Source: an uncultured delta proteobacterium
Lineage (GTDB): Bacteria > Myxococcota > Myxococcia > Myxococcales > Anaeromyxobacteraceae
Assembly: GCA_963766715.1 (NCBI GenBank)
Contig: CAVYBH010000008.1
Span: 96,001-160,000 of the forward strand
Length of the DNA stretch: 64,000 bases
Direction: 5' to 3'
Part shown: positions 23,064-32,992 of the stretch, piece by piece
Layout: every line of letters begins with the position of its first letter
Numbering within the stretch: the stretch's first letter is position 1
Made by a program: the position numbers and the translations under genes
Notes under the pieces: model-generated
What the model saw: only the letters and a program-made list of their open reading frames with translations
Databases searched by the model: none
What the model was told of the DNA's origin: nothing

Positions 23064-23810
23064 TCAGGCCGGAGAGCCGGGCGGGGTCAGGTCGTCGTAG
23101 ATGCGGACCGTCGCGATGTGGCCGCCGACCGGATCGAGCCCGTAGGTGGCCATGCCGGCCTGGGGCTCGAAGCGGGCCTTCCCCCAGCGATCGCAGGCGT
23201 ACTCGGCGGCGAAGAGCTTGCCGTCGAAGGTGGCCGTGCAGTGCTTCACCGCGATCCCGCCCTCGCGGAAGGCCGCCTCGTAGAAGGCCCGGCGCGCCTC
23301 CGGGCCGGCGTGGAGGAAGGCGTCGCCGCTCGGCTCGCGCACCGTCGCACTTTCCGTGAACGTGGCCAGGATCGACTTGAGGTCGCCCTTCTCGAGCGCG
23401 TGGAAGTAGGCCTTCACGATGGCGGGCTCGGCCAGCCCGGCGACCGGCGGCAGGACGGCCTTGCGGACCGCGTGCTTCCCCTCCAGCGGCCAGGTGGAGT
23501 GGTAGACGCGGATCGAGGAGACCTTGCCCGCGTGGCAGGCGAAGACCACCGCCACCGGGAGGTCGATCTCCTCGCCCCCCAGGTCGAGGCGCAGCACGTA
23601 CTCGGTCACCGTTCGCTCGGGGACGGACACGGACGCCACCACCCGGGACACGGCCGCCCGCTCCCGCAGCCACTCCGACATCGAGGCGGCGAGCCGGCGC
23701 CAGGGCTGGGCGCCCCAGATCGGCGAGTCGGCGGCGACGTCATGGGCGAGCGGTCCCTTCCAGTCGTGGGCGTCGCTCGTGAGGCCTTCGAAGAACCTGG
23801 AGGTGTCCAT
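23064..23810 (-). CDS. NTF2/SnoaL-like tandem-domain protein
   Basis: SIRVYHSTWPL, AYFHALEKGD...FTESATVREP, TVRIYDD. Confidence 0.75.
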   Translation of the reverse strand: MDTSRFFEGLTSDAHDWKGPLAHDVAADSPIWGAQPWRRLAASMSEWLRERAAVSRVVASVSVPERTVTEYVLRLDLGGEEIDLPVAVVFACHAGKVSSIRVYHSTWPLEGKHAVRKAVLPPVAGLAEPAIVKAYFHALEKGDLKSILATFTESATVREPSGDAFLHAGPEARRAFYEAAFREGGIAVKHCTATFDGKLFAAEYACDRWGKARFEPQAGMATYGLDPVGGHIATVRIYDDLTPPGSPA

Positions 23811-23839
23811 GAACGTTGCCCGTCCTCTCGTGGCTGCGG

Positions 23840-24451
23840 CTACAGCAGGGGGAGCTGACCGCCCGGGGGGCGCACCGGCGCGGGGGCGGCGGAGATGGCG
23901 GAGACCACCCGCGGGACGTCGCGGGCGCCGAGCAGGTCCTCGGCCCGGAGCGCCGCGAACACGTCCTGCTCGTCCGGCCCGGACTGTCCGCGCGCCGCGG
24001 CCGAGGCCAGCGCGTCGCAGATCTCGTTCACCGGGTGCCCCACGTGGCCGCGCACCCAGGTGTAGCGCACGCGCAGCGCGGATTCGCGGGCCGAGAGCTC
24101 CTCGATGATGTCGCGGTTCAGCACCGGGCCGCCCGAGGCGGTCCGCCAGCCCTTCCGGCGCCACCCGTGGATCCACTTCGAGAGCGCGTCGATCACGTAG
24201 CGCGAATCGGACCGCGCCTCGACCGTCTCCCCGTCCGGGAGGCCGTGGAAGGCGTCGAGCATGGCCCGCAGCTCCATGCGGTTGTTGGTGACCCCGGCCG
24301 GGCCGTCGTCCACCCAGCGGGTCCCGCCGAAGCGGACCGCGAGCCGGGCCCGGTCGAGGACCACGTACCCGGTGCCACCGGGCCCCCCGGGGTTCACGAG
24401 CGAGGAGCCGTCGGTGAAGGCGACGAAGCGGGGGTGTCCGTGGGCGGCCAT
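23840..24451 (-). CDS. rnhA: Ribonuclease HI with C-terminal extension
   Basis: [40 protein letters not shown]. Confidence 0.95.
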   Translation of the reverse strand: MAAHGHPRFVAFTDGSSLVNPGGPGGTGYVVLDRARLAVRFGGTRWVDDGPAGVTNNRMELRAMLDAFHGLPDGETVEARSDSRYVIDALSKWIHGWRRKGWRTASGGPVLNRDIIEELSARESALRVRYTWVRGHVGHPVNEICDALASAAARGQSGPDEQDVFAALRAEDLLGARDVPRVVSAISAAPAPVRPPGGQLPLL

Positions 24452-24509
24452 GCGGCGGCAGAGTACCCCGCCTCGGCCCGCGGCGCCCCCCTTCCCTGGA
24501 CGATTCCGC

Positions 24510-25743
24510 TCAGGCGGCCGTCTTCACGAACTCGACGCGCCGGTTGTTGGCCCGTCCCTCGGCCGTGTCGTTCTGGTCGATCGGCTTCGACTGCCCGAGC
24601 CCCTTCGAGGTCAGGCGGCCGCCGTCGATCCCCTGCTTCACCAGCCAGGCCTTCACCGACGCGGCGCGCCGCTCGGACAGCGGGCCGTTCACCTTGGGTC
24701 CGCCCTGGTCGTCGGTGTGCCCCTCGATGGAGAACTTGAGGGCCGGGTCCTCGGTGAGGAGCGCCAGGATGGACCGGAGCGTCGGGCCGGACTCGGGCTT
24801 GATCACGTCGGAGCCGGTGTCGAAGAGGATGCCGTGGGTGACGATCCGCCCCTCGCCGGCGAGCATCTGCTTGGCCGGCTTGCCGCCCTCGGCGAGCCGG
24901 AAGCCGGTGAACATCTGGTGGTCGCCGCTCTTCTGGTAGGGCTGGTCGAAGGTGATCCCGATGCGCTTGATGGGGCGCACCACGCCGTCGGGGTCGGAGA
25001 CGACGCGCTCGCCGGCGACGTAGAGCTTCACCTGGGTGCCGCTCACCGCGATGGCCACGTGCTGGATCCCGGCCTTCACGGGGAGCTCGCCCGTTGGCGT
25101 TGGAGGTCCTGGCGATGCCGTCCTCGCGGGCCTTCATCTCGATCTCCTGGCCGCCGAATCCAGCCCTTCGTGGTGGTGAAGTTCACCGAGAGTCGCCGGC
25201 GATGTCGGCGTCGAACTCGATGGTGAAGTTCTTCGGCATGTCGCCCTTGATCTCGTAGCGGAGCCAGTGCACGGGAGGACTGCTGGTTGTGCTCCATGTA
25301 GCGCGACTTCACGAAGTGCCGGTCGCCGACCTGGACCACCTCCACCTGGTTCCCGCCTCCGCCCTTGATGGTCCACTTGGCGGGATACTCGCCGACGTCG
25401 GTGTCGGAGAAGTCGTCGTAGACGAGCACCTTGTCGCCCGGGACGAAGTCGTAGCGGTTGCCGTAGACCTCTCCTGCGGCGCGGCTGGGCGGCGGCGCCC
25501 GTCGCCTGCGGTGCAGCCTCGGAGCCCTCGCCCTGCGCCGGCATCGGGAGTGGCGGCCGGCGTCGAGGCCGGCGCCTGCTTGGCGGGCTGCGCGGCAGGA
25601 GCGGGCTTGGCGGCGTCCCGGGCCGCCTTCTCGGCCGCGTCGGCCGCGGTCCGCTGTGCGCGGTTCAGGAGGTCGCCGAACTGGGCGTGGGCAGGTGCGG
25701 CGACGAGCAACGCTGCGCAGAGGACTGCGGTCCTTGGCGACAT
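24510..25743 (-). CDS. Secreted OmpA-family protein (frameshifted)
   Basis: Signal peptide, [39 protein letters not shown]. Confidence 0.88.
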
Positions 25744-25836
25744 GGTTTCCCCCTCGAGTTGCAAGGGAATTCTAGGGGACGCCGGGAGCGGCGAGGTCAC
25801 CGCTCCTGGGGTGCCCCTTGGGGGTGTACCCGGGTG

Positions 25837-26480
25837 CTACCCGGCCGGGCGGAGGGCCCGCGACCGGCAGAGGGGCGCGCAGAGCCCGCACCCGGTGCAG
25901 ACGGCCGGATCGACGGCGACCGACTCCTCGCCCCGCGTCCGATATCGCCGGACAGGCCAGCGAGAGGCACGCCCCGCAGCGGTTGCAGAGGGAGGCCTCC
26001 ACGACCAGCGGCACCGCGCGGGGCAGGTTGCGGACGCACGGCGAGAGCGCGACGAGGACCGCACCCGGCCTCTCCACGGCCTCCCGGACCCGGTTCTCGG
26101 TGGCGGCCGGGTCGCGGAGGTCGAGCCGGACGACCGACGCCCCCGCGCGAACCAGCGAGTCCTCCAGCGCGGTGGAGCGAACGGGGCCGACCCCGTCGGC
26201 GACGACCAGGAAGCGGGCCCCTGCGCGGCCGACCTCGTCGAGGAGCGCCGGCGCGCCGTCCACGAGGAGGCGCGAGGCCCCGGTCACGGCGCACCATCGC
26301 CCGGCCGCGGCCGCGAAGCGATCCTCCGCGCCGGGGTCGCAGCCGATGGCCGCCCTGCACCTCCAGGCCCGAGCGCCGGAGCGCGCGCAGCAAGGCCAGC
26401 TGCGGGCACCCTGCGCATCCCTCGTCGGCCGCGGGACGACCGGAGGAGAGCACGCGGGGCCTGGCGACGGGGGGGCTCAT
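25837..26480 (-). CDS. Short 4Fe-4S protein resembling the IorA C-terminus (frameshifted)
   Basis: CAGCP, IGC, CNRCGAC...CPAI, CTGCGLCAPLC. Confidence 0.6.
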
Positions 26481-26502
26481 CGGGCGTGCTTGCCATGGAC
26501 CG

Positions 26503-27392
26503 TCAGGGACCGCGGGCGGCGAGCAGCCGGCTGCCCACCCAGTGGGTCGCGAACTGGAGGGCGATGCGGCCGCTCTGGTCCCCCTTCTTCAGCGCCCAGT
26601 CCACCGCGGCGGCCTCGGACTCGCGGCCCCAGGACAGCTCCGCGCCCGCGCGCTCCACGAGCCGCTCGGTCCACTGCCGGGCCACGGCCAGGTACTGCTC
26701 CCGCGTGAAGGAGTGGAACCCGACCCAGAGGCCGAACCGCCCCGAGAGCGAGATCTTCTCCTCCACGGCCTCGCCGTGGTGGATCTCGTTGTTGTGCAGG
26801 ATCGCCCCGAGGTTGTCGGTCTCGAACTCGGGCAGCATGTGGCGCCGGTTCGAGGTCACGTAGATGAGCACGTTGTCCGGGGCGGCGTAGACGGAGCCGT
26901 CGAGGGCGCTCTTCAGCATCTTGTAGCTCGACTCGCCAATCTCGAAGGACACGTCGTCCGAGAAGACCAGGAAGCGGAACGGCTGGTCGCGCACGCCGTC
27001 CACGATCGCCGGGAGGTGGACGAGGTCGTCCTTGTCCACCTGGATGACCCGAGGCCCTGGGGGGCATAGGTGCCGAGGAGCGCGCGGACGAGGGACGACT
27101 TCCCGGTGCCCCGCGTTCCCCAGAGGAGCACGTTGTTGGCGGGGAACCCGGCCAGGAACTGCCGCGTGTTCTCCTCCACCACCCGCTTCTGCTCGTCGAT
27201 GCCCAGGAGGTCGGGCAGCCGGATGGGCTCGCCGGCCGGGATGGGCTCGAGGTACCCGGTCAGGGAGTGGCGCCGCCAGTTGGCGGCATGGGTCTCCCGC
27301 CAGGCGATGGGCGGGACCGGCCTGGGCAGGAGCATCTCGAGCGAGCCCAGGACCCGCCGGAGCTGGTCCTGGACGTCGGGGTCCAGTGGCAT
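26503..27392 (-). CDS. DUF815-family AAA+ ATPase
   Basis: NNVLLWGTRGTGKSS, FSDDVSF, TSNRRH, EEKISLSGRFGL; indel near 27060. Confidence 0.9.
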
Positions 27393-27408
27393 CGGGCCAG
27401 TGTAGACG

Positions 27409-27636
27409 CTAGCGCTCCGGCCACACCAGGTGACGCAGTCCGAACAGCGTGAGCGCGGCCCCGGCGCCGAGCTCCCAGGACGGCCACCGTCCCAGGAACG
27501 CCAGCCCGGCCAGCGGGACGAGCCCGACGACGAGCAGCGCGAACGCCAGCCAGTCCCGTTCGGCGTCGGTCGCGGACGGGGGAGCGACGGCCTTCGAAAC
27601 GGGAACCATCCGGAGTGGTGGGACGTGGGCGTTCAT
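27409..27636 (-). CDS. Small two-TM hypothetical membrane protein
   Basis: 75-aa ORF with two hydrophobic segments; sigma54-like motif upstream. Confidence 0.55.
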   Translation of the reverse strand: MNAHVPPLRMVPVSKAVAPPSATDAERDWLAFALLVVGLVPLAGLAFLGRWPSWELGAGAALTLFGLRHLVWPER

Positions 27637-27682
27637 GGGTAGCCTCGGTCCAGAGGCTAGCCACCGCGGCGTCAGTCCGGTG

Positions 27683-27697
27683 GCAAGGTTCGTGCCC
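27683..27697 (-). promoter_or_regulatory. Sigma54 (-24/-12) promoter candidate
   Basis: GGGCACG-AACC-TTGC versus consensus TGGCACG-N4-TTGC. Confidence 0.5.
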
Positions 27698-27702
27698 GGA
27701 GC

Positions 27703-27787
27703 ATCAAGAGTCGATCAAGGGCGCGAGCGCCCCTTCATGCCACCCCCATCTTGACGCGTTCTTGACACCTGGACGCCTCCTCTTGAC
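27703..27787. promoter_or_regulatory. Phased direct repeats, putative KdpE (OmpR-family) binding sites
   Basis: TCTTGAC at 27749, 27760 and 27781 (11 and 21 bp periods); ATCAAG at 27703 and 27714 in opposite orientation. Confidence 0.6.
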
Positions 27788-27801
27788 CTATCCCTGAGGC
27801 G

Positions 27802-27870
27802 AGCGCGCCTATCCTCTCGGTCCGCGGAACGGAGGGTTTACTCCCACCTCCACGGTGCGCTGCAGGAGGT
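27802..27870 (+). ncRNA. Candidate cis-regulatory leader RNA of the K+ transporter
   Basis: Outer stem 27802-27809/27854-27861; ACCTCC 27846-27851 complementary to SD GGAGGT 27865-27870 and to GGAGGG 27831-27836. Confidence 0.45.
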
Positions 27871-27878
27871 CGTTCGGC

Positions 27879-29917
27879 ATGGCAGTCCAGAACCCGGCGG
27901 GGCCCGGTCCGACACCGGAACCGGCGCCGGGAGCCGGTGTCTACCCGGCGCGACACGCTGCGCCGCGTCCTCTTCGGTGCGCCCCGGGACATCAACGACC
28001 CGCGGACCTACCACAGCGTGTCGCTCATCGCGCTGCTGGCCTGGGTGGGGCTCGGCGCCGACGGCCTCTCCTCCTCCGCCTACGGTCCCGACGAGCTCTA
28101 CCGGGCCATCGGGGGCCTGCACTTCCTGGCCCCCGCCCTGGCGCTCGCGACCGCCGGCACGGTGCTCCTCATCTCGCTCGCCTACTCGCGGATCATCGAG
28201 CACTTCCCCTTCGGCGGAGGCGGCTACGTGGTGGCCACGCAGGCTCCTCGGATCGGGAGCCGGCCTGGTCTCGGGATCGGCGCTGCTCGTCGACTACGTG
28301 CTCACGATCTCCGTGTCGATCGCCGCGGGCGGCGAGGCGATGTGGAGCTTCCTCCCCCCGCACCTGGCCGTCTGGAAGGTGCCGGCCGAGGCCGCGGCCA
28401 TCGTGCTCCTCGTGGTGCTGAACCTCCGGGGCGTGAAGGAATCGGTGAGCGTGCTGGCCCCCATCTTCGCGCTCTTCCTGGTGACCCACGCGGTCCTGAT
28501 CTTCGGCGGGGTGGGGAGCCACATCGCCGAGGTCCCGGTCATCGCGCCGGAGCTCGTCCGCGAGGGGCGGAGCGCGCTGGGATCGATGGGGTGGATGGCG
28601 ATCGCGGGGATCTTCGTCTACGCCTACTCGATGGGCGCCGGCACCTACACCGGCATCGAGGCGGTGTCGAACGGCCTCGCCATCATGCGCGAGCCGCGCG
28701 TGGCCACCGCCAAGCGGACGATGGCGTACATGGCCATCTCGCTGTCGGTGACCGCCGGCGGCATCCTGCTCGCCTACCTCCTCTTCCGCGTGGCGCCCGA
28801 GGAGGGAAAGACGATGAACGCCGTCCTCCTCGAGAACTTCGCGGGGAAGTGGCAGCTGGGGAGCCTTCCGGTGGGGCGGTGGTTCGTCACCGGGACGTTG
28901 ATGGTGGAGGCGGCGCTCCTCTTCGTCGCCGCCCAGGCCGGCTTCCTGGACGGTCCGCGCGTCATGTCGAACATGGCCACCGACAGCTGGCTCCCGCACC
29001 GGTTCGCCTCGCTCTCCGACCGGCTCGTCACGCAGTCCGGCGTGCTGCTCATGGGCGGGGCCAGCCTGGTCACGCTGGTCCTCACCGGCGGCCACCTGGA
29101 CCAGCTCGTCACGATGTACTCGATCAACGTCTTCGTGACCTTCTCGCTCTCCCAGGCGGCCATGCTGAAGTTCCAGTGGACGCACCAGGAACGGCGGCGC
29201 CGCCAGGACCTCGTCCTCCACTCCCTCGCCTTCCTGCTCTGCGCCGGGATCCTGGTGGGCATCGTGTCGCAGAAGTTCACCGCGGGTGGCTGGGTCACGA
29301 TCGTGGTCACCGGCGCCGTGGTGGCGCTCTGCTTCTGGATCCGCCGTCACTATCGCGAGGTGCAGGGTCATCTCGGACGGCTCGACGCGATCATGGCGGC
29401 GCTGCCGGCGGCGCCTCCGGGGCCTCCGCGTCCGGTCGACCCGAAGGCGCCCACCGCGGTGATGCTGGTGGGGTCGTACGCCGGGCTCGGGGTCCACGCG
29501 CTGCTCACCGTGCAGCGCCTCTTCCCCAACCACTTCAAGAACGTGATCTTCCTGTCGGTGGGCGTGATCGACGCCGCCACCATGAAGGGGGTCGAGGAGG
29601 TCGACCGGGTTCGCATCCGCACCGAGGCCTCCCTGCAGCAGTACGTCGACCTCGCCCGGCGCCTCGGGCTCGCCGCCGACTACCGGACGTCGGTCGCCAC
29701 CGAGGCCGTGGCGGAGGCCGAGCGACTGGCCCTCGAGGTGAGCCGCGAGTTCCCCCGCTCGGTCTTCTTCGCGGGCAAGCTCATCTTCAAGGAGGAGCGC
29801 TTCTACCAGCGGCTGCTCCACAACGAGACCGCCTACTCGCTCCAGCGCCGGCTGCAGTTCGCCGGGATGAACGCGATGGTCCTTCCCGTCCGGGTGACGA
29901 TGGACGCGCCCTCCTAG
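27879..29917 (+). CDS. APC-family permease, KimA/YdaO-like K+ transporter (frameshifted)
   Basis: ADGLSSSAYG, GGGGY, VDYVLTISVS, TGIEAVSNG, cytoplasmic C-terminal domain with LLHNETA. Confidence 0.85.
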
Positions 29918-30643
29918 GACGGCGCGGAGCCGACGGGCGGGGGCCCTGCATCCTCGGCGAGGCGGTAGCCGACGCCAGGCTCGGTGAGCAGGAGGCGGGG
30001 GCGCGAGGGATTCCGCCTCCAGCTTCTTGCGCAGCTCCGCCATGTAGACCCGGACGTAGTGACTCTGCGACGAGGCGTTCGGGCCCCAGACCTCGCGCAG
30101 GATCTGGGCGTGGGTGAGCACCTTCCCGGCGTGGCGCGCCAGCAGGGCCATCAGCCGCCACTCGATGGGCGTGAGCTTCACGGGACGCCCGTCCACCGTG
30201 GCCTCGTGCCGCTCCAGGTCCATCCGGAGCGCGCCGGCCGCGAGGACCGGGCTGTCCGGCGCCGCGCCGGCCCGGACGTGGCGGAGCGCGACGCGAAGCC
30301 TGGCCAGCAATTCCTTCGTCCCGAAGGGCTTCGGGAGGTAGTCGTCGGCGCCTGCGTCGAGCGCCGCCACCTTGTCGTCCTCCCGGCCCCGGGCGGAGAC
30401 CACGATCACGGGGACCGACGACCATTCGCGAACCTGCCGCACCAGGTCGAGGCCGTCGCCGTCGGGAAGGCCCAGGTCGAGAAGGACCGCGTCCGGGTGC
30501 TCGGCCGTCACCATGCGCACGCCGTCCGCCACCGTCCAGGCCTCCTGGACCCGGTACCCCTCCGCGCCGAGCGAGGCGCGCAGGAACCTTCGCATCTGCG
30601 GCTCGTCCTCCACGACCAGGATCGTGGGCTGGGACTCGGTCAC
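29914..30643 (-). CDS. kdpE: KdpE-like response regulator
   Basis: ILVVEDE, LLDLGLPDGDG, DKVAALDAGADDY, KVLTH.QILREVWG, HYVRVYM..LR.KLE, LLTEPGVGYR. Confidence 0.9.
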
Positions 30644-31750
30644 GGGGATCCCCTCCTCGACGCGTCGATGGTATCGGCTTCCGGCTCTTCCGGCACGGCC
30701 GGCGACGCACCGTCCCCGGGCAGGACGAGGCGGAAGGCGGCTCCGCCCCCGGGACGGGCCGACACCCGCAGGGTGCCGCCGTGCACCTCGGCGATGGCCC
30801 GGGCGATGGCGAGCCCCAACCCGGCGCCCTGGCCGGTGGCCCGCCCCCCCCGGTGGAAGCGCTCGAAGACCGCGTCCTCCTCGCCGGGCTTCACGCCGGG
30901 CCCGCGGTCGGAGACCTCCAGGACGAGCCCGCCCGCCCCGCCCTCCGCGAGGACCCGCACCTCGGTGCCCGGCGGGGTGTGTCGCGCGGCGTTCTCCAGC
31001 AGGTTCACCAGGAGCTGTTCCACGAGGACGGGGTCCACCCGCACGAGAGCCGGGGTTCGCGGGATCTCGGTGCGAACGACGTGGCGGGCGAGCGTCCCCT
31101 CCGTCCTCGAGAGCGCGGCCCCGACCAGCTCGTCCACGGGGACCCATTCCCGCCGCAACGCCACGGCGCCGGAGGCGAGCCGGGTCATGTCGAGGAGGTT
31201 CGCGACGAGCCGCTCCATCCGATCCGCCTCGTCGCAGATCGCCTCGACGAGCTCCCGGCGCGTGGTCTCGTCGACCGCCTGGTCGCGGAGGGTGGTGGCG
31301 GCCCCGGTGATGGCCGCGAGCGGCGTGCGCAGGTCGTGCGAGACCGAGGAGAGCAGCGTGCCGCGCAGCGCCTCCGACTCGGCCCGCACCGCGGCCTCGC
31401 GAGCCCGGTCGGCGAGCGAGCTCACCGAGCAGGCCGATCCCGAACATCATCGCGAAGGTGAAGAGGTAGCGGGGATCGGCGACGTTGAGGGTGTAGGTCG
31501 GCGGCACGAAGAAGAAGTCGTACGCCACCACCCCCACCACCGCGGACGCGATGGCCGGGCCGCGTCCGAGGAAGACCGCGGAGACGAGGACCACCACGAC
31601 GTAGAGCATCTCCACGTCGGGCACGTCGAGCACGGCCCGGGCGGCGGCGCCGACGGCGGTGGTCGCCACCACGAGCGCCACGGCTCCCAGGTAACCGAGC
31701 CAGCCGCTCCCCCGGCGGGCGGTGCGGCGAGACGCGGAGGGCACGGTCAC
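30640..31750 (-). CDS. Short KdpD-like histidine kinase (DUF4118 TM domain + HisKA + HATPase)
   Basis: YDFFFVPP.YTL, LLSSVSHDLRTPL, NLLDMTRL, NLLENA, GLGLAI; indel near 31420. Confidence 0.85.
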
Positions 31751-31807
31751 GCCCGCATCAGAGCGCGTCCGGTGCGTGCGTCAAGTGCGGAGCCCGGCCT
31801 GGAACGG

Positions 31808-31831
31808 GAAGAGGCCCCTCGGGGCCTCTTC
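31808..31831. terminator. Strong hairpin, terminator-like
   Basis: GAAGAGGCCC-CTCG-GGGCCTCTTC 10-bp stem; weak U tail. Confidence 0.5.
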
Positions 31832-31962
31832 GTTCCTGCGCTTCCTGTTGGACGCTCATGGGCGAGCGCTGATCCGGCTCACGCCGGTGGAGACTGCGAG
31901 TCTGTCGTTTGCTGCGACGGCTCCGCTATCTCGACCTCCTCGGTGACGAATCGTGTGATCCG

Positions 31963-32026
31963 ATGATGTGCCTCCCCACGAGGAGGCGCAAGTCGCACCC
32001 CCCAAGAAAATGCTCAGCACTTTTTT
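31963..32026 (-). promoter_or_regulatory. Sigma70-like promoter with AT-rich upstream element
   Basis: Minus strand TTGCGC-17bp-CATCAT; A/T tracts at 32004-32026. Confidence 0.4.
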
Positions 32027-32114
32027 CGGGAAGCGGCTTGCTTCGGCCGCCCCGTCTGGCGACCCTGGCAGCGGGTCGAAGGGGCCCGGTTCGGACCCTC
32101 TGTGGGAGGCACAC

Positions 32115-32837
32115 GTGGACGACAGGACGCCGCCGGAAGGACTCACGGCCGAGCAGGTTCGCGCGGCCGTGGACTACGCCATCTCCTCCCGGCGCAGCCT
32201 GCGGGCCTTCCTCCCCACCCCGGTGCCCCGCGAGACCGTCCAGTCGATCCTGGCCGTCGCCAGCCGCGCGCCTTCCGGCACCAACACCCAGCCATGGAAG
32301 GTGCACGTCGTGACCGGCGAGGCGAAGGCCCGGATCGTCGCCGCCATCCTGGCCGTCCACGACGACCCGCCGGTCGCTCGCACCCATACCGAGGAATGGG
32401 ACTACTACCCGCGGGAGTGGGCGACGCCCTACGTCGAGCGCCGGCGCAAGGTGGGCTGGGACCTCTACGGCCTCCTCGGGATCGCGAAGACCGACAAGCT
32501 CGCGATGCACGCCCAGCACGGTCGCAACTACCGGTTCTTCGACGCACCGGTCGGGCTCTTCTTCACCATCGACCGGGTCATGCGCCAGGGGAGCTTCCTC
32601 GACTACGGGATGTTCCTCGAGAACATCATGGTGGCGGCCCGCGGCCGCGGTCTCGACACCTGTCCCCAGGCGGCCTTCATGCAGTACCACCGGATCATCT
32701 GCGAGCAGCTGGCGGTCCCCTCTACCCAGATGCTCGTCTGCGGGATGAGCCTCGGGTACGCCGACCCTTCCAAGGTGGAAAATCGGCTCCAGACCGAGCG
32801 GGAGCCGGTGAGCGCCTTCACCACGTTCCACGACTGA
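32115..32837 (+). CDS. Nitroreductase family protein
   Basis: SRRSLRAF, APSGTNTQPW, FFDAP, LDYGMFLENIM; GGGAGG SD before GTG. Confidence 0.92.
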   Translation: MDDRTPPEGLTAEQVRAAVDYAISSRRSLRAFLPTPVPRETVQSILAVASRAPSGTNTQPWKVHVVTGEAKARIVAAILAVHDDPPVARTHTEEWDYYPREWATPYVERRRKVGWDLYGLLGIAKTDKLAMHAQHGRNYRFFDAPVGLFFTIDRVMRQGSFLDYGMFLENIMVAARGRGLDTCPQAAFMQYHRIICEQLAVPSTQMLVCGMSLGYADPSKVENRLQTEREPVSAFTTFHD

Positions 32838-32992
32838 CGCGACGGCTGACGCGACGACGCACCGCGTTAGCCCAGCGCTGGCCAGCGGCCGCGCTCGCCA
32901 GCGTGGCGCCGGGCTCCTGTCAGAAGAGGGTTTTGCCCGTGTCGTTGAAGGTAGGCACGTGGATCTGCTCTAGTCCCGATTCTCCGGATGGA

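Noticed and set aside
27790..27878. c-di-AMP (ydaO) riboswitch expected before a kimA-like gene
   Set aside because: Leader too short, and hallmark segments such as GGGGGACC and GGGGTGAA are absent
28193..31750. 1185-aa KdpD-KdpE fusion ORF
   Set aside because: The middle is out of frame with the kinase and the tail is antisense to the permease; explained by two indels
31856..31915. tmRNA tag-like AANDRLAV on the minus strand
   Set aside because: No terminal AA-stop and no tRNA-like ends
32834..32856. CTGACGCGACG direct repeat after the nitroreductase stop
   Set aside because: Only two short copies, no associated mobile element
32102..32992. N-terminal extension of the 1447-aa kinase ORF
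   Set aside because: Off-frame overlap with the nitroreductase; Arg/Pro-rich shadow translation
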